A stretch of DNA of 64,000 nt. Origin: Treponema sp. (GTDB lineage Bacteria; Spirochaetota; Spirochaetia; Treponematales; Treponemataceae). Position numbers and translations under genes: made by a program. Location of the stretch: positions 1,134 to 65,133 of the forward strand of contig JAZQQW010000051.1 of assembly GCA_045629255.1 (NCBI GenBank). Direction: 5' to 3'. Below, piece by piece: positions 57,593 to 64,000 of this stretch (position 1 is its first letter; each line of letters begins with the position of its first letter). The notes below the pieces were generated by a model, which saw only the letters and a program-made list of their open reading frames with translations, did no database searches and had not been told where the DNA came from.

Positions 57593-59833
57593 TTATTTGA
57601 CCACAAATCGTGAAACATTTGTCTTCTGTCCGTCACAGACGACATAAAGTTCATGTTCTCCCGGTGTGAGGGGAATCTTCCATGAAAATACATTTTTAAC
57701 AAGTCCTGCAGACTTATTGTCCAGAAACAATTCTGCAGAAGTTCCGTTTCCTCCGACAGCGGTAACTGTAAGCTGTTGTACTGACATGGGAAGAGACGGA
57801 TTGTAAATGAAATGTGCATTGTTTCTCGGGTAAGTGATGGCAAGGCTTGCACCTCTGAGCATTGAACCATCCGAAGAACTTCCCAAAAAGTTTTTACTGT
57901 CTGCCCAGTGCTGATATTCTGACGGATATGTTATTTTTACTCTTCCATTTATATTGTTGTGCCAGTTGCAGACTGGTAAAATCGTACCGTTTTTCACAAA
58001 TTCTTCTACTACAGAAGGACAGTCATTGTCCGGTGCCATGCCTGAAAGCCCGCAGATTTTTGTTTTGCTGTAAAAACGGGGGTTCTTGAACTCTGAAGTT
58101 CCGCTTGGATTTCTCCGTGTAAGCTCGTCCAGTAGAGAACGGACTATTGATGCAGGAATACTGCTTCCTGTCTGACCGATTACTGTTTCTCCTTCGAAGT
58201 TTCCCATCCAGACTCCTACTGTATATGCTGTTGTTGCTCCAAGTGCTATGATGTTCTGAAACTGGTTTGATGTTCCTGTTTTAAAAATTGCCGGATACGG
58301 AGTATTGAAAACCGATGCGTGTCCGAATCCAAGAACTCTTGCACTTTCGTCTGTGAGAATGTCGCACATAATTCGTGCTGTATCACTGTTGTAGACTTTC
58401 CGCATTTTCTGCTTTTGGGGACAGTCTTTTTCCCATGTGATGTTTATGAGTTCACCGTCATTAGTAAATACAGAGAATGCTCTGACCATTTCGTACAGCG
58501 TGACTTCGCTGCTTCCGAGTGCTAAAGACAGGCCTGTTGTGTCTTCTGTTCCTTTGAGTGATTCATACCCAAGTCTGTTGAGTTGTTCCATATACTTTTT
58601 GATGCCGACTTTGTACAGAAGATAGACTGCCGGGATATTCAGACTGGAGGCAAGTGCAACTCGAAAGCGCACGGGACCATTGTATCTGTTATTGAAGTTG
58701 AGGGGAACATATACTCCTTCTCCGCCGAAGTCCTGCTGGATATCCGGCAGAACATCATTCGGCGAAAAACCGTTTTCCAGGGCAAGAGCGTACAAAAACG
58801 GCTTCATTGAACTGCCGGGCTGATTTTTGACAAGAACGCCGTCAATCTGTCCTGAATGTATGTCATCGTCAAAAGATGCATTTCCTGCCCAGACAATGAT
58901 TTGGCCTGTTTTGTTATTAATTGCAAAAACTGATCCGTTGTGAATACGTGCGTCCCGGAATTCTTCAAGTTTCTGTTGTATCCGTTCCTGTGAAAAAATT
59001 GTGAGAGCTGAATCTATGGAAAGATTTAGAGTCGGTGGAATGATTTTGTTTTGTTTTTTGTAAGAACTTATGATGTAGTTTACAAAATGCATACATACAG
59101 AAGGGTATGCATAAGATTTTTTGATGGAGGAATCTGCGGGGCGGCGGATTATCTTTGCAAGTTCTGCTGCCTGTTCGGGAGAGATTTTGTCCGGCTCCCG
59201 TCCAAAAAAAGAACGGCAGGCACTTCCTATACCTTCTATCTGCTGTCCGAAAGGTACATTGTTGAGGTACAGCTCAAGTATTTTTTTCTTCGAATATTTG
59301 ATTTCCAGATACAGTGCAAGAAATGCTTCTTTTGTTTTTGTGGCGACTGTTACTTTTTTTGTTCGCGGCCATATTATGCGCACAAGCTGCATTGTTATTG
59401 TAGAAGCACCGCTTATAACATGTCCTGCTTTTCTGTTCTGTATAACAGCTCTTGCGATAGAAGAAAAATTTATTCCGTGATGATGATAGAAATTTTTGTC
59501 TTCTGCATTTATAAATGCATTGCTCAGATAGTCGGGAATTTCTTCTATCGGATAAAATTCCCGGCGCAGGCCTTCCTCCAAAGGCATGATATACATGAGA
59601 ATGCCGTTTGTATCGTAAAAGCGGGAACTGTTCTGTTTGTTTTCAAAAGAGAGGAGTTTTCTGCACGGAATTAGACGCAGTGTAATATATACAAAGGTTA
59701 GCAGCGTACAGAAAACTAAAAAAAAACATGCACTGCGCCTTGCAATTTTGTTTTGCAGGACGCAGTTTTTGCTGATTAGTTTATTCAATAGTCCAGACCT
59801 TTCCGCTTCCGCGTCCGAAGGTTTCACTTTCAT
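57593..59833 (-). CDS. pbpC: penicillin-binding protein 1C (bifunctional transglycosylase/transpeptidase)
   Basis: INAEDKNFYHHHGINF (GT51), GSSMKPFLY (SxxK), FKTGTSNQF (KTG). Start uncertain: ATG 59833, TTG 59788 or track start 59887. All overlap the upstream gene end. Confidence 0.85.
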   Translation of the reverse strand: MKVKPSDAEAERSGLLNKLISKNCVLQNKIARRSACFFLVFCTLLTFVYITLRLIPCRKLLSFENKQNSSRFYDTNGILMYIMPLEEGLRREFYPIEEIPDYLSNAFINAEDKNFYHHHGINFSSIARAVIQNRKAGHVISGASTITMQLVRIIWPRTKKVTVATKTKEAFLALYLEIKYSKKKILELYLNNVPFGQQIEGIGSACRSFFGREPDKISPEQAAELAKIIRRPADSSIKKSYAYPSVCMHFVNYIISSYKKQNKIIPPTLNLSIDSALTIFSQERIQQKLEEFRDARIHNGSVFAINNKTGQIIVWAGNASFDDDIHSGQIDGVLVKNQPGSSMKPFLYALALENGFSPNDVLPDIQQDFGGEGVYVPLNFNNRYNGPVRFRVALASSLNIPAVYLLYKVGIKKYMEQLNRLGYESLKGTEDTTGLSLALGSSEVTLYEMVRAFSVFTNDGELINITWEKDCPQKQKMRKVYNSDTARIMCDILTDESARVLGFGHASVFNTPYPAIFKTGTSNQFQNIIALGATTAYTVGVWMGNFEGETVIGQTGSSIPASIVRSLLDELTRRNPSGTSEFKNPRFYSKTKICGLSGMAPDNDCPSVVEEFVKNGTILPVCNWHNNINGRVKITYPSEYQHWADSKNFLGSSSDGSMLRGASLAITYPRNNAHFIYNPSLPMSVQQLTVTAVGGNGTSAELFLDNKSAGLVKNVFSWKIPLTPGEHELYVVCDGQKTNVSRFVVK

Positions 59834-62800
59834 ACATACATTCTGCTGTTGAGCAAGGTGTATTGTATGTTCCTCTTCTGCCTGCACGGAACAGGAATTC
59901 TACCTGCTGGTATCCGATCGGGAAGTAATCCCAGAAATACTGAACTTCACTGTCATAGATGCCCTGGTAGCTCAATCCCCAGTTGTATCTGTCGTACCAG
60001 TCATCATCGTAATCGTCATAGTAGTCATAATCAGTATCTCTGTCATTGTTTGACGAGTTGGATTTGAATGTTCCTGTTGTGACAAATGCGGCATTCAAAA
60101 CTTCACAGCCGGCAGGAATTGGTACACGAGTTGCAATATATGTTCTGTTTTTAGTAGAAGATATGTATACCTTTTCTTTGTATGTTTTTCCGTATTCCAG
60201 CTTGTCACCTGTAACAAGTTCTCCTGTCTTGACGTCGTAAATCTGTGTGTAAATACAGATTCCTTCGTCGCGGGCTGTCTGCTGTGGTACAGGAAGTGCA
60301 TATTTCATGCTTGCTGTGTAGAACAATGTTCCGGTTCCCTGTTTTGTAAACTCGAGTGAAACTTCCTTGCCTTTTGGAGTGCTTGCAAGGTCTTCTTTTG
60401 ACAATGTTTTGTCGCAAGCCTGTGCGTTTGTACCCTTGAAGTTTCCTTTGAGAATTGATTTTTTGTCCAGAAGAGCTTCTGCTGTGAAATTTAAATTTTC
60501 CAGATTGTTGCTTTGGATATATTCACGGATAGCAATAAGAACTCTTGAAGTTGCTGCTGTTGATGTCCAGTAACCTTTGCTTGATTTCTGTAGCTCAAGC
60601 AGCTGATATACAAGGTGCTGGTTTATCTTGTCAGCAGGATCCAGTGTTGTAAACAACTGGAGTGCGAGTGCAAAGCATTCTGACTGGTCGTTGAAGAATG
60701 ACCAGTATCCCCATGCAGAATCGTATGAGTTTTTGAATGTTGCGCCGCGTGTCGTCAAAGATATGTTGCTTCTAAGTTTGTCTGCGATATCCTTTGCTTT
60801 TCTTGGGTTGTGTGCAAGATATGTCAAACCGACAAGTGCAAGTGTTTCTGAAGATGAATTACAGTTAGAAACAATTTTTTCAAGGTTTGAAACAGAAATC
60901 TTTGCACCCAAAAGACTTGCTGCATAGTAGTCATGTGCTGCTCTGTAGCATGACCATGCAGAGCTTTCTGATGAAGATATTGCAGAGTTTCCTTCGCTTA
61001 CGAGGTAGTCTGCAAGTTTATCTGTGTCTACAGATGATATGTCAACTCCGTTTTCGTCTGCGAGTGCCAGAATTTCGGCAATGCGTGCTGAAACAAATTC
61101 GTTTGCATAGCTTCCGCTCGGCCAGTATGGGAATCCTCCGTTCCAGAGCTGGGACTGAGACCAGTAATTGATTTCTTTCTTTGCATAAGACTTTGTGTTT
61201 TTGACTTTACTGTCAAGACCAAAGAGTTTTATGTATTTATCAAATGCGACAATTGGCATAAGCATTGACGATCTCTGTTCAAGACAGCCGTATGGATAGT
61301 CAAATACATAGCGGATAGCTTCGCCGAGTACTCCGAGACGGGTAGGATCGAGCTGGACATACAGCTCCATTCTTCCTTCTTCTGCATCTGCAGGGAGTAT
61401 GAGCTTTTCTTCCGTGACTGCGGATTTGTTTTTGTCGTCTTCGCGAACTTCACCTACTGTTGTGACCGTTTCGTAAATATATGGCTTTTCAATCTGGAGT
61501 GGCAAAAGAATTTTTTCGTTTACAACATCGCTTTTGACAATGAATTCGATTGTAATCCAGCCCGGCTTCTTTGCATCAAGATTAAACATAAGAGGTTCTG
61601 TTTTGTCTGCTGCAACTTTAATTGTCTTTTTTGATTCTCCGGAAATCTTTGCACTTCCGGCAGTTTTCTGCTTTTCGTCTTCTGCGTTTGAATTCTCGAT
61701 TTTATCAACGCCATCGTATGCGTTTATGAAAACACTTACTTCATGGGTAATGTTGTCGAGGTTTGAGATAACTACGCCCGCTTCTCCGTGGTCGTCCAGA
61801 CGCAGCTGACGTGGAAGTGCTGTACGGACAGAAACAGGGTTTGCAACGTTCATTTCACTTTCTGTCAAAGCAAAGTTGTTTCCGCTGATACCGACAGCTG
61901 TGATGCGGTATGCAGTCAGTGAGTCCGGCAATGTAAATGTACATGTTGCATTACCGTTTGCATCAGTTTTGACTTCAGGTTCAAAAAGAGCTGTAGGATC
62001 AAAGTTTTTGCGTTCGTTGAACTTGTCACTGTCTCCTCCGATGAGGTTTTTGATTTCGTATGTGACAGGGTCAATCAAATTGTAACGTGAATCTCCTCCA
62101 GATACGCAGTCCGGGAATAGATATTTACTGTAGAATTCCTGAACAGGATTTGGAACGTGATAGTTGATAAGATCGATGACACCTCTGTCTACAGCCATCA
62201 ATGTGACTTCTGCGTTTGAAAGAGGCTTGCCGTTCTTTGTGGCGTGGACTTTGATAGTTGCCTTTTCTCCCGGCTGGTATGTTGGTTTGTCGGTTGTAAC
62301 ATCGATGTCGAACATCTTTGGAGCTGTATTTACAATAAGCTCTGCGACGCCGAACAATCCTTTCGGTTTGTCAACATCTGGTGTGTTGAAGTCATTTTTC
62401 GGTGTACTGCTTCTGACTGAGTATGATGACAGTGTGACATACATGACAGGAATATATTCCTCTTTAATAGGAATTGTCAGAACTGTTGTTGGTGTATCGA
62501 TAGTTTTCAATTCCTGAGAAACAAGACCTTCTCTTTCGATAGTCATCAGGTATGTACCTTTTGGAAGAGGGCTCTGTACAAGAATCTGAGCCTCGTCACC
62601 TACGTCATAAGAATCTTTGTTTGTTGTCATTGAAATTTCCTGATCATCGTCACGGTGGTTCCATGACCAGTCATAGCTTGTAACGTAGAATGTAGTTTCT
62701 GTGACAACATCGTGGCCTTTACGGTCTTTGCTTGAAACGCGGACAATGTATTCTCCGCTGTTCTCTGGTTTTACAGTAAAGTTTGCAGGCTTTGAAGTTC

Positions 62801-64000
62801 CTGTGAAAGATGTCTCTGTTTCTGACTCTGTAACGATTTCCATCTGGTAACGGGTGTTGATTGCACCGCTCCATGAAAGCTGCTGGACTTCTTTCCATTC
62901 TTTGCGGAGAACTTCGATTTTCATGGTTTTCTTTGATGGAAGATCTGTTGCAAGAGGTTCTGTTTCATCTGGAGTGATACAGATGTAGTCAAAATTTACA
63001 GAATCACCTTTTTTCGGGAAGTAAACATTTCCAGTTCTGTTGAGTCCGATATAGTAGCGAGCAGGATGAACTTTGACGCTCGATGATGTTGCAATCTGCT
63101 GTCCGCCGGCATCAGTTACAAGTGCCTGTGCTTTATAGATGTACGGACTTCCGATGATTTTTTCACCGCCTGATGTCTGTGAAATTGACGCAGTTCCTTC
63201 TGCACTCAGTGCGCCGGAATCTTCGCCTACAGAATCTCCATAGTCGTAGCCTTGTTTTGGACCGTATGTATATTTACTGAAAGTTTTGTCTTTTGGTGAG
63301 AAATAAGATTTTTCTCTAGTCCAGCTGGATTCCCATGTACTGCCGGCAAGGCTTCCTCCGCCGAGGTAGTTAGCCTTGATAGCGACGTTTACACTGTCGC
63401 CTGAATAATATGTGATATCTGGAGCTGATGACTTAACTTCAAATCTGAGACGCTCAAAGAACTGTACCTGTATGCTGCAGCTCTTTCTGTGAGTGCTGCC
63501 GTTTTTGAGTTTTCTTGTATATCTGATTCTATATTCGCCAGGTTCAAGATCATCCGGCAGGGTAAACTTGCCCCAGAAAGTACCGTTTTTGCTTGTGGTT
63601 CCTTCATCTGTGTAATATACGTTTGAATCCCAGCCGTCATCAATAAGCTCAATCTTGTAATCACCTGTGTATTCAGAGTATTCGCCGAATGACAGATTTT
63701 TGTCATATCCACGGAAACTGACTTTTTCTCCAGGTTTGTACAGACCTCTGTCTGTAAACATGAAAGTAACTGGCTTTTCTTTTGCCGGTGTGTAGATTGA
63801 TTCGTAGTTATAAACTCCGGCTGACCACAAGTTGTGAGAAGACGGACGGAAAATAACTCTGTCGTTATCTGTCTTAGCTTCTACATAATAAGTAGACGAT
63901 GTTTTGTTTGAAACATTGTAATTGAGGATTGCAAAACCAGATGCGTCAGTCTTACCGTGTGCAACCTGATCGAGACCGTATTTTGTAACTATGTCAATGT
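59781..64000 (-). CDS. bacterial alpha-2-macroglobulin-family protein; 5' end beyond the right edge
   Basis: The frame stays open upstream of the track start (63830) to position 64000. Repeated MG-type beta domains. Thioester motif YPYGCLEQRSS encoded at 61275-61289. Confidence 0.9.
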   Translation of the reverse strand, partial: IDIVTKYGLDQVAHGKTDASGFAILNYNVSNKTSSTYYVEAKTDNDRVIFRPSSHNLWSAGVYNYESIYTPAKEKPVTFMFTDRGLYKPGEKVSFRGYDKNLSFGEYSEYTGDYKIELIDDGWDSNVYYTDEGTTSKNGTFWGKFTLPDDLEPGEYRIRYTRKLKNGSTHRKSCSIQVQFFERLRFEVKSSAPDITYYSGDSVNVAIKANYLGGGSLAGSTWESSWTREKSYFSPKDKTFSKYTYGPKQGYDYGDSVGEDSGALSAEGTASISQTSGGEKIIGSPYIYKAQALVTDAGGQQIATSSSVKVHPARYYIGLNRTGNVYFPKKGDSVNFDYICITPDETEPLATDLPSKKTMKIEVLRKEWKEVQQLSWSGAINTRYQMEIVTESETETSFTGTSKPANFTVKPENSGEYIVRVSSKDRKGHDVVTETTFYVTSYDWSWNHRDDDQEISMTTNKDSYDVGDEAQILVQSPLPKGTYLMTIEREGLVSQELKTIDTPTTVLTIPIKEEYIPVMYVTLSSYSVRSSTPKNDFNTPDVDKPKGLFGVAELIVNTAPKMFDIDVTTDKPTYQPGEKATIKVHATKNGKPLSNAEVTLMAVDRGVIDLINYHVPNPVQEFYSKYLFPDCVSGGDSRYNLIDPVTYEIKNLIGGDSDKFNERKNFDPTALFEPEVKTDANGNATCTFTLPDSLTAYRITAVGISGNNFALTESEMNVANPVSVRTALPRQLRLDDHGEAGVVISNLDNITHEVSVFINAYDGVDKIENSNAEDEKQKTAGSAKISGESKKTIKVAADKTEPLMFNLDAKKPGWITIEFIVKSDVVNEKILLPLQIEKPYIYETVTTVGEVREDDKNKSAVTEEKLILPADAEEGRMELYVQLDPTRLGVLGEAIRYVFDYPYGCLEQRSSMLMPIVAFDKYIKLFGLDSKVKNTKSYAKKEINYWSQSQLWNGGFPYWPSGSYANEFVSARIAEILALADENGVDISSVDTDKLADYLVSEGNSAISSSESSAWSCYRAAHDYYAASLLGAKISVSNLEKIVSNCNSSSETLALVGLTYLAHNPRKAKDIADKLRSNISLTTRGATFKNSYDSAWGYWSFFNDQSECFALALQLFTTLDPADKINQHLVYQLLELQKSSKGYWTSTAATSRVLIAIREYIQSNNLENLNFTAEALLDKKSILKGNFKGTNAQACDKTLSKEDLASTPKGKEVSLEFTKQGTGTLFYTASMKYALPVPQQTARDEGICIYTQIYDVKTGELVTGDKLEYGKTYKEKVYISSTKNRTYIATRVPIPAGCEVLNAAFVTTGTFKSNSSNNDRDTDYDYYDDYDDDWYDRYNWGLSYQGIYDSEVQYFWDYFPIGYQQVEFLFRAGRRGTYNTPCSTAECMYESETFGRGSGKVWTIE

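Noticed and set aside
59051-59674. 207-aa plus-strand ORF
   Set aside because: It is antisense to pbpC, which has clear GT51 and transpeptidase motifs. It is a shadow ORF.

Overview
64-kb window of a low-GC bacterial chromosome. The gene content (BspA/LrrA-type leucine-rich-repeat protein, FlgM, a PTS enzyme I with no PTS partners nearby, an HDOD signalling protein, a PF09820-type AAA-ATPase, many lipoprotein-style signal peptides) suggests a host-associated spirochaete such as Treponema; this is inference, no search was run. About 50 kb is ordinary core chromosome:
- Translation and RNA modification: der, efp, rlmB, rsmG, rsmE, rsmI, tcdA, two TrmH-family genes, an Rsm22-like methyltransferase, one tRNA-Arg(CCT).
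- Metabolism: hisG, hisB, purD, an Lrp-aminotransferase pair, and a pentulose kinase, araD and esterase cluster.
- Proteolysis: a contiguous clpS-clpA-aat N-degron cluster with an extra divergent Aat-like paralogue.
- Division and envelope: ftsK, and an alpha-2-macroglobulin plus pbpC pair.

The unusual part is a roughly 7.4-kb accessory island (about 5659-13061) between a symporter gene and the Rsm22-like gene. It contains:
1. Two short direct repeats that look like ISAs1/H-repeat transposase remnants.
2. A membrane-anchored LRR protein gene broken twice, each time by one extra base in a homopolymer tract.
3. A roughly 510-bp non-coding tandem array of two interleaved unit types (41 bp and 38 bp); the 41-bp unit folds into an SD/anti-SD-like hairpin.
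4. A decayed polymorphic-toxin cassette: signal peptide, an Rhs-type NNPxxYVDPDG junction, a PD-(D/E)xK-like toxin domain and a putative immunity gene.
5. A PF09820/PD-(D/E)XK AAA-ATPase gene that abuts a second truncated copy of the same toxin junction.
6. Small orphan ORFs.

I could not identify a complete, clearly novel multi-gene system. The tandem array and the toxin/LRR island are the best candidates for follow-up. All product calls rest on motif recognition by eye from the supplied translations, with no BLAST or HMM searches.
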